IMG/VR virus record: IMGVR_UViG_2597490325_000001
Span: 198,392 to 262,391 of that record
DNA: 64,000 bases
Reading direction: 5' to 3' (one strand)
Source of the DNA: a virus
Lineage: Duplodnaviria; Caudoviricetes
The notes under the pieces are model-generated. The model saw only the letters and a program-made list of their open reading frames with translations, did not search any database and had not been told where the DNA came from. A program made the translations under genes and the position numbers. This document shows, in pieces, positions 29,958-39,962 of the stretch (position 1 is its first letter; every line of letters begins with the position of its first letter).

Positions 29958-31250
29958 ATGTCTAATACTGAGAATAACGTTAACGCAGCGGCAGCAATCT
30001 CCTCCAGCAGTGACATGATTGAATGTACTCACAAAACAATCATTCCGGTTCTGATTGATGCTGTTTATTCTCGTACACCAATTATTATTTGGGGTAATAC
30101 AGGAGTTGGCAAAACTGAGCTTCTTCATCAACTGGCTCGTATGTTTGGCATCGAACCCCGTGATCGTCAGCGCTATATCGACCAACGTATGAACTCCTGT
30201 GATGCACCGGATGTTCGTGGTTGCATTTTCCCTGATAAAGAAACAGGTCGTACCGTAGTATATCCACCAGCATGGATTCCTACTGCAAAAGATGGTCTGC
30301 CTCGCTTTATCGTTCTTGAAGAAATCAACACCATTCAGGACGATACCGTTCAGGCGGCACTGTATGAAATGTTACAAGAACGTCGTAACGGTGATATTGA
30401 TCTGGCAGATGAAGTGGCAATCTTTGCTACTGCAAACCTGGAAGAAGACAACGGCCCGACTGTAGAGTTAGCTGGCCCAGTTAAAAACCGCGTTAAGCAT
30501 ATTCGTCTACTTAACACTGTTGAATGCTGGTTGGAAATGGCTGAAGCTAATAACTATCATCCTTTCTTGACTGCATATATTCGCCGCTACGGTATGGAAA
30601 AATTGTATGCTCCGGATTTTGAAAAGAATGCTTTCCGTACTAACCGTACTTGGTCTAAAGTAAATCAGACCATTTCTAACCCACTTTATCAGGAAACACT
30701 TGGTAAAGAATGGGGTTACAAGCATATCGTTCCAGATTTCGTTTTACCGAAATTTGCAGCGGGTACTCCACTTCCAGTTCCAGACTATGCAGCTATTATT
30801 GCCAGTATCGGTACTACTATCGGTGCTTCTGGTGCTAACGAATTCAGTACTTTCGTTACCCATGCGCAGTCTGTTTTACCGCTGATGAAAATCTTTGATG
30901 AAGGTAATCTGATTCCAGAAAACCAGATTATTAATATCACTGACCACCAGTATTACGCATTGATTGATATGATGCGTCGTACTATGATTGATCGCCATGA
31001 AGCGGGTAAAGCCATCAATGATGTATTTATCCGTAACGTGCTTAATACAATCATGATTGGGGCTAAAAACTCTTCTTTGCTGTCCACTGAATTCCGTCAG
31101 GCTAATATGTTGCGTATTAATCAGGCGATGAAATCTCAGTTCACTGTTAAAGTTATGCAGTATCGTTCCCAACTCGGTCAAATTGGTGCGGATGCATGTG
31201 AGTACTTCAAACAAGCAGGTGCAGCACTAAGCGAAATGGCTGCAGCTTAA
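29958..31250 (+). CDS. MoxR/dynein-related AAA+ ATPase
   Basis: WGNTGVGKT Walker A, IVLEEIN Walker B, FATAN sensor I, VKNRV Arg finger. Confidence 0.88.
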   Translation: MSNTENNVNAAAAISSSSDMIECTHKTIIPVLIDAVYSRTPIIIWGNTGVGKTELLHQLARMFGIEPRDRQRYIDQRMNSCDAPDVRGCIFPDKETGRTVVYPPAWIPTAKDGLPRFIVLEEINTIQDDTVQAALYEMLQERRNGDIDLADEVAIFATANLEEDNGPTVELAGPVKNRVKHIRLLNTVECWLEMAEANNYHPFLTAYIRRYGMEKLYAPDFEKNAFRTNRTWSKVNQTISNPLYQETLGKEWGYKHIVPDFVLPKFAAGTPLPVPDYAAIIASIGTTIGASGANEFSTFVTHAQSVLPLMKIFDEGNLIPENQIINITDHQYYALIDMMRRTMIDRHEAGKAINDVFIRNVLNTIMIGAKNSSLLSTEFRQANMLRINQAMKSQFTVKVMQYRSQLGQIGADACEYFKQAGAALSEMAAA

Positions 31251-31324
31251 TTAATAAACGGGTAATGGGGTCTAATCCCATTACCCGATATTTATTTTTA
31301 CATTAAATAAAAATAAGGCTAAAA

Positions 31325-33160
31325 ATGAGTAACTCATCTAAAAGTGGTATTTTTCATAATCCTGTAACCATTTCAGAAATGGAATCAGACTTCGTTATAC
31401 AAACCGCTCTAAGAAACAATCTTGATCCTAGACAACTTTTAGTTTCTCATTTGCAGGAAAAAATCTCTGAAGCCGTTAAAGAGAATAAAATTGGTACAGA
31501 TGCTAAATGGGAACCTCATTATGCCCGTGTTTCAATTAGTCCTTTTACAATTGAAAATGAAGGTTTAGAAGAACTTCTTTCTGAAGTTCATGATTTCTAT
31601 CTGGAAAATGATTTTATTTTCCCAAGTGTATTAAGTAATGCTTTTGAAACACGTAAAAAAATCATGGACATTGCCAAAGCTAAAGTAAATAAGGCTGTAA
31701 TGGCTTTGTCTATTTACTATAACATTTTTACTCCAATCATGATGCTTCTTAAGAACCGCATTGACCCTAACTTCAATGCCGGAAAAACTTATGATTTCAT
31801 TATTGAGTTAGATGAAAACTTCAATACGATTGGTGAGCTTCGTTTCTACTCCCCAAACCTCGGTGTGCGAGCTTATACCGATTTTCGTAGTACTGCATAT
31901 AATGCGGAATGGGCAGCAAACGTCCGTCAAAGTACACTGAACGGTGTAGCTCTTCATGAAGTATATCACAACGTGTTGATGCATAATACTCGTGGTGAAC
32001 ATGATAAGGCTTATAAACCTATTCGTGATCTTCATGAAGAAATCGATCAGTTAGCTTTAACTAAATATACTACTGATGAAGGTAGTGTTCCTATGAGTCA
32101 ATGGGAAGCTGATGATCAGTATAAAGTTAAAGTACTTCAGGCCATGCGTAATATTCAAAACATGGCAATGGATAAACCGATTAATATCGCTATTCAAACA
32201 GCTTCTCAAAATGCCAGTTTCAATATTGGTAAGAAAATCTGTCTGGATCAGGTTATCGAATTCAATAAAGAATTTGATAAATATACTGATAACGGTCATA
32301 AGTTTGCTGATTTACCTTCTCCACTGGCAAACTATTTTGGTTCTGTAGTATATCCAGAGCGTGGTGATACTGACGGTAAAACCTCTGAAGAATGGTTTAC
32401 TATTGATAATACTGAAGAGAACATCAAGAAATATCTTGAATGGCCTTCTTTAGATGAACATGGTAATCAAACTGAAGAGAAAGCCGAATCTACTCGCCGT
32501 ACTGAAGTATTTGAACGTGCTATGCAATCTGTACGCGATAATGTTAAGAATGCTCCGGGAGGCCCAACTGATACATTCTTCCGTATTCTGAATGCTCTGG
32601 AAGCAATTCCAACATTTATTGATTGGCGTATGCTTCTTAAACGTTATATCAAATCTGGTATTAAGACTGAAAAAACTTGGCAACGTATTAACACTCGTAC
32701 TTTCGCTGCAGCTGGTCAAATTCGTCCTGCTCGAAAATCCGATGCGATTAAAGTAGTAATTGCTGGAGACACATCAGGATCCATGCTGGATCAGTTAGGT
32801 GATGTAGTAACACAAGTTGAGAAAATTGTCAAATCTTTTGGTAGCTACTATTTTACCTTCTTTGCAGTTGATGAAGGTATAACTTCCGAAGAAGTTTTCT
32901 CCAATAGTAAGAAATTTACTGTTGACCGTCTGGTACGCAACTTCAAAGGTGGTGGCGGTACAGATTTCAGAAGCTTCTTTAAAGAGCTGGATGAGCGCGG
33001 TAATCGTGAAACAGTTGTAATGGTTACTGATGGCTGTGCAACCATTCCAGAAGACAGACCGAAAGGCTATGATGTAATTTGGGTGGTTCGTGAATCCGAT
33101 TTCCGTTGGGCGGAAGAATACCTGAAATGGGGCAAGATTGTCGTCATGTCAGGTATCTAA
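31325..33160 (+). CDS. DUF2201-type putative metallopeptidase plus vWA domain protein
   Basis: HEVYH zincin motif; DTSGSM MIDAS, GGGGTDF, VTDG. Confidence 0.88.
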   Translation: MSNSSKSGIFHNPVTISEMESDFVIQTALRNNLDPRQLLVSHLQEKISEAVKENKIGTDAKWEPHYARVSISPFTIENEGLEELLSEVHDFYLENDFIFPSVLSNAFETRKKIMDIAKAKVNKAVMALSIYYNIFTPIMMLLKNRIDPNFNAGKTYDFIIELDENFNTIGELRFYSPNLGVRAYTDFRSTAYNAEWAANVRQSTLNGVALHEVYHNVLMHNTRGEHDKAYKPIRDLHEEIDQLALTKYTTDEGSVPMSQWEADDQYKVKVLQAMRNIQNMAMDKPINIAIQTASQNASFNIGKKICLDQVIEFNKEFDKYTDNGHKFADLPSPLANYFGSVVYPERGDTDGKTSEEWFTIDNTEENIKKYLEWPSLDEHGNQTEEKAESTRRTEVFERAMQSVRDNVKNAPGGPTDTFFRILNALEAIPTFIDWRMLLKRYIKSGIKTEKTWQRINTRTFAAAGQIRPARKSDAIKVVIAGDTSGSMLDQLGDVVTQVEKIVKSFGSYYFTFFAVDEGITSEEVFSNSKKFTVDRLVRNFKGGGGTDFRSFFKELDERGNRETVVMVTDGCATIPEDRPKGYDVIWVVRESDFRWAEEYLKWGKIVVMSGI

Positions 33161-33163
33161 TAG

Positions 33164-33192
33164 AAAAGAGTCCTTCGGGACTCTTTTTTTTT
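33164..33192 (+). terminator. Intrinsic terminator with UUCG loop
   Basis: AAAAGAGTCC TTCG GGACTCTTTT followed by a T run. Confidence 0.85.
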
Positions 33193-33248
33193 ATTTAATA
33201 AATAATGATATATTATTTTTATGAATAAACTAACACAAAGGTATTTAA

Positions 33249-33476
33249 ATGGATATTAAGCAGAAGTTTAAAAATGTACTAGATTTCTTAGAAGCCCCTA
33301 TTACTTTCAAAGTTAGTAGAGGGTTTTATTACTATATCTTAATTCTTATCCTAATGACTATCCTCTCATACACCTCTGGATTCTTTGATTCAGTTATTTC
33401 AATAGTTATATTCTTTGTAGTATTTTATTTCGACCAAGAACTCATCAAAAGAAGGGAAGCTAAGAAAGATGAATAA
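33249..33476 (+). CDS. Small membrane protein (two TM)
   Basis: Two hydrophobic segments; downstream of the early promoter at 33209. Confidence 0.7.
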   Translation: MDIKQKFKNVLDFLEAPITFKVSRGFYYYILILILMTILSYTSGFFDSVISIVIFFVVFYFDQELIKRREAKKDE

Positions 33477-34071
33477 TTTTACTTTATCTATTGATAGTGA
33501 TAAATTTGAAAAGAATATTAATGCTTATTTAAAATTTAGTATGAATAAGCTTTATGCTAATCTAGCTATATTATTTCTAAGTTCGATAGCATTTATCCTG
33601 TTTTCTGATAGATTTGAAGTACTACAGCATATTGTAGTAAGAATCTTATGGGGAGTAATCATGTTTAGAATGCTAATACGGATTCTTTACATGAATAGCT
33701 TTATCACGACAGTTTATAAGAAAAAGACAAAACTTATAAATAAGATCAAGAACTCCCATACGTCTTTTAATGTAAATACTTTAGCTAAGAGTAAAGAGCA
33801 CCTATATAAAAGCGTAATTAATAGACTAAGAGAAAATATTCAAACGCTAGTATTAGCTAAGAATAATTCAGATCTTACCACGTCATTTACTTGTAAAGTA
33901 GATGCATTAAGTGATTCATCAATTTCTATACTTTCTTTTGAGCTACATAGAAGTTATATACGTATAACAGATGGTAGAAACATTCTGGTAGTTGATCTTC
34001 CAGTTGTTAAATCAAAATATGAGGCTTTACAACCTCTTTCAATTTTACTACACTCAATTAAAGTAGATTAA
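33469..34071 (+). CDS. Membrane protein (two TM plus soluble domain)
   Basis: Two hydrophobic helices; coupled to the previous ORF. Confidence 0.7.
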   Translation: MNNFTLSIDSDKFEKNINAYLKFSMNKLYANLAILFLSSIAFILFSDRFEVLQHIVVRILWGVIMFRMLIRILYMNSFITTVYKKKTKLINKIKNSHTSFNVNTLAKSKEHLYKSVINRLRENIQTLVLAKNNSDLTTSFTCKVDALSDSSISILSFELHRSYIRITDGRNILVVDLPVVKSKYEALQPLSILLHSIKVD

Positions 34072-34080
34072 GGACTTATC

Positions 34081-34473
34081 ATGCAGCTAACTTTACAAGA
34101 CCGACCACTTTCTCTCAGTGAAACTTTAGAAGCTCGTTTTAAGGAAAATGGTATCAATGCCAGGATGCTATCTTTCGCTATTAAAGAAAGTCAAAGTTAT
34201 ATAAGTGATCTTATGAATGGTAAAATATCACTTAGCTCTTCAATGGCTTTAAAATTATCAGTATTTTTTGAAACCACTCCTGACTATTGGTATCGGGTGG
34301 AATATAAATATAATCTTTACAAACAACGTAATGATAAAGTATTTGTAGATCAAACTATGAGAAATATTACTCCTATCTCTCAAGGATATAAAGAATTCGA
34401 TCCTACAAAATATGAAGATGATCGAGTTTATAAACCATTACACTTATCAAGTTCTCTCTATAGTGGATTATAA
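34081..34473 (+). CDS. HigA-like XRE HTH antitoxin (orphan)
   Basis: ISDLMNGKISLSSSMALKLSVFFETTPDYW matches the HigA/VapI HTH. Confidence 0.8.
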   Translation: MQLTLQDRPLSLSETLEARFKENGINARMLSFAIKESQSYISDLMNGKISLSSSMALKLSVFFETTPDYWYRVEYKYNLYKQRNDKVFVDQTMRNITPISQGYKEFDPTKYEDDRVYKPLHLSSSLYSGL

Positions 34474-34482
34474 GGAATACCA

Positions 34483-34797
34483 ATGACTGATACTATTCGA
34501 ATCCCAACTCATCCAGGAATTATTCTTAAAGAAGAATTTATGGATTCTCAACCTAAAATTACAGTTATTGAAATCTGTAAACGAACTAATATCTCAGCAT
34601 CATATCTTCGTCGATTTATCAAAGGTGCTGAAGAAATCACAACTAATGTAGCTATTTGTTTAGCTAAGATATTTAATACTACTCCTGATTTTTGGTTGAA
34701 TCTGAATACTCAGCATTATACTGCTAAGCTTTTAGCTGATAAAGGTTATTCGGAAAGATTGAATTCTATCGAACCATTTAACTTTATTCAGAGTTAA
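34483..34797 (+). CDS. higA: HigA-family antitoxin (orphan)
   Basis: PTHPGIILKEEF...ITTNVAICLAKIFNTTPDFWLNL canonical signature. Confidence 0.88.
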   Translation: MTDTIRIPTHPGIILKEEFMDSQPKITVIEICKRTNISASYLRRFIKGAEEITTNVAICLAKIFNTTPDFWLNLNTQHYTAKLLADKGYSERLNSIEPFNFIQS

Positions 34798-34902
34798 TTA
34801 ATTCCCCTAATAGTTAAAAGCTATTAGGGGATAATCTTTTTTTTTTATTTATATTTTAAATATATATTATAATAATGAATCCATATCTAATAAGGATAAG
34901 AA

Positions 34903-35166
34903 ATGTTAATTATTCATAATTTAAATATCCCATCTACTTCAGAAGAAGTTAATCAATATCTTAAACTTCATGGAGTGCATTGTGAAAATACTTTTAACCA
35001 TCCAAATAAATTAGCTATTTTATTGGCTGCTAAGTTACATGAGAGGATTGATGTTGATTTAGATAGAATCAATCCATACAACCAACATCATGAAAACCTT
35101 GCATGGAAAAAGTTTAATAAAACGTATGAATATATGATTTCTGTAATGAAATCCTTCAATTTTTAA
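34903..35166 (+). CDS. Hypothetical protein
   Basis: 87-aa ORF with early promoter 34863 and RBS AAGGA. Confidence 0.65.
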   Translation: MLIIHNLNIPSTSEEVNQYLKLHGVHCENTFNHPNKLAILLAAKLHERIDVDLDRINPYNQHHENLAWKKFNKTYEYMISVMKSFNF

Positions 35167-35182
35167 AAAATTCGTTATAACA

Positions 35183-35194
35183 AACAAAGTTTTA
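35183..35194 (+). promoter_or_regulatory. AACA-N6-TA promoter of gyrB
   Basis: AACAAAGTTTTA, 24 nt before the ATG. Confidence 0.6.
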
Positions 35195-35217
35195 GAATTC
35201 CACAAGGAAATTTATAA

Positions 35218-36540
35218 ATGGTTAAGACTAAAAAAGTAGATATCGCTCCAGAAGATTCATATACTGGTAAGGATATTAAAGAATTACCATATCCAGTCAA
35301 TATTCAGACTCGTCCACAAATGTATGTGGGGGAAACTGATTCAACAGGTAAACTGACTTGTATCCGAGAAATTCTTAATAACTCAGTCGATGAATTCTTG
35401 GCTGGACATTGTAACCAAATCAATATTTATCGTTTGGATATCGACCACTATGTTATTGAAGATAACGGTCGTGGTGTTCCATTTGATAAACATGAGACTG
35501 GTAAAAATACTCTAGAAACAATCTTTGGCGTACTACATGCTGGTCGAAACTTTAAGAAAAAGACTGTATATAGTACTGGTCTTAACGGTGTTGGTGCGTC
35601 AGTAGTAAACGCATTATCTGAAGTATTCAAAGTTACTTCTCACCGTGGAAATGACGTAGGTATTATTGAATTCTCAGATGGTTACAAACAGAAAATCACT
35701 CTGTCTACCGTTACTAAACTCAAACTCAAATTCCAAAAGGGATTTGATAAGAAAGGTACTGGTGTAGAATTCAAATTTAATCCAGAGTTCTTTGAACCGG
35801 ATTCTGATTTAGATATCCAGGAAGTACTTGATTTAATCCGTAAAACTGCTTACATGGTAAGCGGATTAAAGCTTAAATTCGTGGATATGGTAGATTCTAA
35901 AAATAACGTAACTTTTGATTATGAGAATGGTGTTTCAGATCTCTTAGAAGAGATTAACCCAGCCTCTATTATCAAACCAGCGTATTTTAAACCTGTCACT
36001 ATTAATGAAACCAAAGTTGAAGTAAGTTTCAGCTTTAGTGAAAAATTTGATAGTGAAAATATTGAATCGTTCTGTAATACCATCCGTACTGGTGATGGCG
36101 GTGTACACGTTACAGGATTTAAACGTAGTTTCAGTCAAAAAGTTACCAATTTCATTAAAGAAAATGGTTTAACTAAAGAAAAGATTGAAAACAGTGACGT
36201 ATTTGTAGGCTTGAATGCAGTAGTATCTGTATTCGTATTCAATCCTAAATATTCTACTCAGACTAAGCAAAAACTTAGTAATACTGAAGTAGAAGGTCAT
36301 GTATTGCGAGCCATGAATAAATGGCTTGATGAATGGCTTGAAGCTAACCCTAAAGAAGTTAAGACTCTTGCTACTAAAATTGCACTTACTGCTAAATCTC
36401 GTATTGCTCAAAAGCGTGCTTTAGACAGTGTTAAGAAAGAGCAATCAGGTACATTCCTCACTACACTTGCTGCTCCAGAGAAGTTTACGGATTGTAACAG
36501 TGATGATCGAATGGAATGTGAATTATTCTTAGTTGAGGGT
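35218..36540 (+). CDS. gyrB: DNA gyrase/type IIA topoisomerase subunit B, exon 1 (spliced product about 797 aa)
   Basis: EILNNSVDE, EDNGRGVP, GLNGVGASVVNALS GHKL motifs; ends at ELFLVEG. Confidence 0.92.
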
Positions 36541-37635
36541 TAAAATGGCTCTCATTAAACCTCTTTAATTGTCTGGAAAACCTTAATTACCGCGAATTAA
36601 GACAACCAGCAGCGAAGCTTATGGTATTAACACCTATAAAGGATTATAGGATGCATAAGAACGTTCAACGACTATCGAAAGTACTTATGATAATTCATAG
36701 GGTAAATGAGTAGAGTAGCGCCAAGTGGTAGGTATCATAATGATAATAGTTATGAATAAATCCTTTAAAGCGAAACGGGAGGCAAAGGATTGAAGATATA
36801 GTCTGATCTGCATGGTGACATGTAGAGTTAGTTGAAAGTGATTTCTTAACAAAATCTTAGTATCTAAGAGGATTTAATTTATGCCAGTTAAGAAAACACA
36901 TGCACAATTCGTAAAAGAAGTTGAATTAAGATTTGGAAAAGAATATACAGTTTTAGGGGAGTATAAAAACACTCATACTCCAATAAAACTGCGGCATAAT
37001 AAATGTGGTAATATATGGGAAACTACTGCTCCATATGATTTACTAAAACCAAAACCTAATGGTTGTAAATTATGTGCAATTAATAGATCATTTCCATTGA
37101 CTACTAAAGAATTTTCAGTTAAACTAAATGCAATTCATAATAATTCTTATAAAGTTCTGCAAGAATATAAGAATAATAAAACCAAAATTTTAGTTCGCCA
37201 TAATTGCGGATATGAATTTATGGTTAAACCGAATAGCATTCTAACAGAAAAGTTTAATTGCCAATCATGCCAAAAAACAAATTCAGTAATAAGTGATTCA
37301 ATTGCTGAATTTCTTAATGAAGAAAATCTTAATTTCATCCAAGAAAAAAAGTTTAAATGGTTAAAATATGAATCTCTATTATCTATAGATTTCTATCTGC
37401 CAGATTTTAAAATTGGTATAGAAGCTGATGGAGAACAACACTACATTCCTAAACGTGGTGGAATTAAAGAGTTTGAAAAAACTCTTAAGAGAGATTTGAT
37501 CAAATTTAAACTTTGTAAAGAACATGGTATAGAAATACTGAGAATACCTAGTTTTTTAACTAAAAAAGAAATTTCTTTGTATCTTGGAAAACTTCTTTTA
37601 GAAAGAAATGTCTTTCAACTAGATTAACACAAATG
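36541..37635 (+). mobile_element. Group I intron in gyrB (1095 nt)
   Basis: Interrupts EG^DSAGG. Exon ends in U; P1 TGAGGGT/GCTCTCA; P7 GACTA(36670)/TAGTC(36799); ends in omega-G at 37635. Confidence 0.9.
36881..37627 (+). CDS. Intron-encoded homing endonuclease (Zn-ribbon repeats plus Vsr/PD-(D/E)xK-like domain)
   Basis: H..CG...C..C repeats; SIDFYL...IEADGEQHY...RD..K...C...GI..LRIP. Confidence 0.85.
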   Translation: MPVKKTHAQFVKEVELRFGKEYTVLGEYKNTHTPIKLRHNKCGNIWETTAPYDLLKPKPNGCKLCAINRSFPLTTKEFSVKLNAIHNNSYKVLQEYKNNKTKILVRHNCGYEFMVKPNSILTEKFNCQSCQKTNSVISDSIAEFLNEENLNFIQEKKFKWLKYESLLSIDFYLPDFKIGIEADGEQHYIPKRGGIKEFEKTLKRDLIKFKLCKEHGIEILRIPSFLTKKEISLYLGKLLLERNVFQLD

Positions 37636-38706
37636 GATTCAGCGGGTGGCTCAATAAAACAAGTACTTGATAGAGAAACTCAAGCAGTATATAAGCTTAA
37701 GGGTAAACCTAAAAATACTCTTAAAGATGGTGTAGAAGACCTTTACAAGAATAAAGAAACTGATGATATCATTTCTATTCTACGTTGTGGTATGGGCCGT
37801 AACTACTCTTCAGAGAAACTTCGTTTTGGTAAGATCATTCAGTTGTGTGACTCCGACTCAGATGGTAAACACATTGAAATGCTATTATCCACATTGTTTT
37901 CTAACCATTTCCGCCCATTAGTTGCTGAAGGGCGTGTGTATATTTGTCTTTCTCCTCTCTATCGTGTTATTCGTTCAGGTGTACCACCAGTATACTTCAA
38001 GAATGACAAAGAACTTGAGAGTTTCTTATCAAATCAGCTGGCAGAGGATTTTGCCTTTAAAAATGCTGCTGGTAAGAAAATGAATGAGAAAAACACCTCT
38101 AATTTGATTTCATTAATTCGTAAATATCGTAATGAGATTAATAAAGTAGCTAAAAAGTATCATAGTGATTCTAAACGAATTGAAGCTGTATTCGTAAATA
38201 ATTATGATGCTGAAGAAGGATGGTTTGATTTTGAGTTGGAAGTCGAAGAACATAAGAATGAAAGTATCACTATTAAAGGATTCTACGAATTCGATAACGG
38301 TGAATCTTATGTATACCTGAACGTACCAGCTATTGAAACATTCTTAGAAGAAATTGAGAATCTTCAAGAGTTATTAGCAGAGATTCATGAAAAGTTCTTT
38401 GTATTTGACAAGAAAAATAATCCTATTGAACGAGAAACAATGATTGAATCTGTTGATTTCTTAATTGATAAGGTAACTAAATCTTGTACAATTACCCGTT
38501 ATAAAGGATTGGGAGAGTCTAATCCAGATGACCTTAAAGAAATCTGTCTTGACCCTAAGAATCGCACCTTAATTCAAATCAAGATTGGTAGCGAGGAAGA
38601 AGTTAAAGAAGTTCTTGAGAACTATATGTTAGACAAGAACGTGGAATATCGTCAGAAATTCCTGCTTGAACACTTCGACCAGAATCTGCTAGAATCAGAT
38701 ATCTAA
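37636..38706 (+). CDS. gyrB: GyrB exon 2 (TOPRIM and tail)
   Basis: DSAGGS, KLKGKP.N, CDSDSDGKHI, RYKGLGE. Confidence 0.92.
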   Translation, partial: DSAGGSIKQVLDRETQAVYKLKGKPKNTLKDGVEDLYKNKETDDIISILRCGMGRNYSSEKLRFGKIIQLCDSDSDGKHIEMLLSTLFSNHFRPLVAEGRVYICLSPLYRVIRSGVPPVYFKNDKELESFLSNQLAEDFAFKNAAGKKMNEKNTSNLISLIRKYRNEINKVAKKYHSDSKRIEAVFVNNYDAEEGWFDFELEVEEHKNESITIKGFYEFDNGESYVYLNVPAIETFLEEIENLQELLAEIHEKFFVFDKKNNPIERETMIESVDFLIDKVTKSCTITRYKGLGESNPDDLKEICLDPKNRTLIQIKIGSEEEVKEVLENYMLDKNVEYRQKFLLEHFDQNLLESDI

Positions 38707-38753
38707 TATATAAAAGAAGGTGGATTGCCACCTTCTTTTTTTTTAAGGTTATT

Positions 38754-38867
38754 ATGGAATATTTAAAGTTCTTCCCAATAGCACTACTTACTGGAGGCTT
38801 AACTATTGCACTGCTTTTATTAGTGGATATTGTAAAGCACAGTTCAGCTAAAAAGAGAAAGAAATAG
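38754..38867 (+). CDS. Small single-TM peptide (37 aa)
   Basis: MEYLKFFPIALLTGGLTIALLLLVDIVKHSSAKKRKK with RBS AAGGT; below the ORF-track cutoff. Confidence 0.5.
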   Translation: MEYLKFFPIALLTGGLTIALLLLVDIVKHSSAKKRKK

Positions 38868-38928
38868 TCTTTTAATGATATATTATTATCATGATATTCT
38901 TCATTAATAATAAAGGAAATAAATTAGT

Positions 38929-39093
38929 ATGAAAGTACATGTAACTGGTCTTTGTAAGAAAACTTCTAAAGAAATTACGAAACCTTTTGATGTAACCAAG
39001 GAAGGCGAAGCTCGTAAACTCGCTAAAAAAATCATGAAGACTATTCTGTTTACTCGCATTGAACGTGATCATACTGCGACTGATACAGAGTAA
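38929..39093 (+). CDS. Small basic early protein (54 aa)
   Basis: Early promoter 38879, RBS AAGGA, host-like codons, followed by a hairpin; below the ORF-track cutoff. Confidence 0.65.
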   Translation: MKVHVTGLCKKTSKEITKPFDVTKEGEARKLAKKIMKTILFTRIERDHTATDTE

Positions 39094-39097
39094 CTTA

Positions 39098-39132
39098 AAT
39101 ACCCATATCCTCTATAAAGGGGATATGGGGTT
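39098..39132. repeat. Hairpin element heading small-ORF array 1; near-identical to 56135-56170
   Basis: AATACCCATATCCTCTATAAAGGGGATATGGGGTT versus AATACTCCATATCCTCTACAAAGGGGATATGGGGTT. Confidence 0.75.
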
Positions 39133-39156
39133 AATATCTTTTTTGAGGAATTTATT

Positions 39157-39369
39157 ATGTCTTTAATTAATAAGAAAATCTTAACTGAAATGTGTAAAGA
39201 CCGTAATATGCAATGGTCTGTAGGTTCTTATCTTCTGTCAATGGTAATTTTTAGCATGACTGTAGATAAATTTAGTGATGCAGTATTTTATTCACAAGTA
39301 ATATTTGTCTTAGTGGCATTATATCGTGCTTATTTACTGTACAAAGGAAAGAAAAATGCTAAAAGTTAA
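39157..39369 (+). CDS. Small membrane protein
   Basis: 70 aa, two hydrophobic segments, RBS GAGGA. Confidence 0.65.
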   Translation: MSLINKKILTEMCKDRNMQWSVGSYLLSMVIFSMTVDKFSDAVFYSQVIFVLVALYRAYLLYKGKKNAKS

Positions 39370-39622
39370 AATGGATGCAGAAGATGATGGTAAAGTCGAT
39401 CATTATATAGGTATAGTACATTTTAATGATTGGTTCCACCCAATTGAAAAATCTGTAACTGAAGAAAATTTTGGATTTGGCCTTAAGTTTCTATCAACGA
39501 CTGATCCAATAACTTTTATGAATGATACTACATTCAATATGAAAGTATTACTAAGCCATGCATATTTTAATTATGTAGGCAAAGGTAATGAAATTCGAGG
39601 AAATCGAATACCTTATGTTTAA
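39326..39622 (+). CDS. Hypothetical, array 1
   Basis: Coupled ORF; likely start at MLKVKMD. Confidence 0.6.
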   Translation: MLIYCTKERKMLKVKMDAEDDGKVDHYIGIVHFNDWFHPIEKSVTEENFGFGLKFLSTTDPITFMNDTTFNMKVLLSHAYFNYVGKGNEIRGNRIPYV

Positions 39623-39962
39623 AATGAAACTCACTAAAAACGCTAAGATATCTGGTATGGCTGGCAATTACATAGATGATGTATTTACCACTCAATCATC
39701 TATATTAATGGGCACTAATTTTATTCTTACCTATGATTGGTTAAAGATAGGGGTAAGTGCTCCTGATTCTGAATATATTGAATTTACACTAACTGAGGGG
39801 ATAGAATCCTATCAACTGATTATATGTGATAATATTCTGATTGATTTTATCAGTAATAAATCAGATGATTTTTATATTCAATATTATTATTCTTTAAGAA
39901 ATATTAATAAAAGGATAAAAAATGCTTGTGGTTCGATTTCCTATAGTTCACCATACTCTTAA
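39588..39962 (+). CDS. Hypothetical, array 1
   Basis: Coupled ORF; likely start at MFKMKLT. Confidence 0.6.
   Translation: MKFEEIEYLMFKMKLTKNAKISGMAGNYIDDVFTTQSSILMGTNFILTYDWLKIGVSAPDSEYIEFTLTEGIESYQLIICDNILIDFISNKSDDFYIQYYYSLRNINKRIKNACGSISYSSPYS

Noticed and set aside
38872-39072. Minus-strand 66-aa ORF
   Set aside because: It overlaps a better-supported plus-strand 54-aa gene with promoter and RBS.
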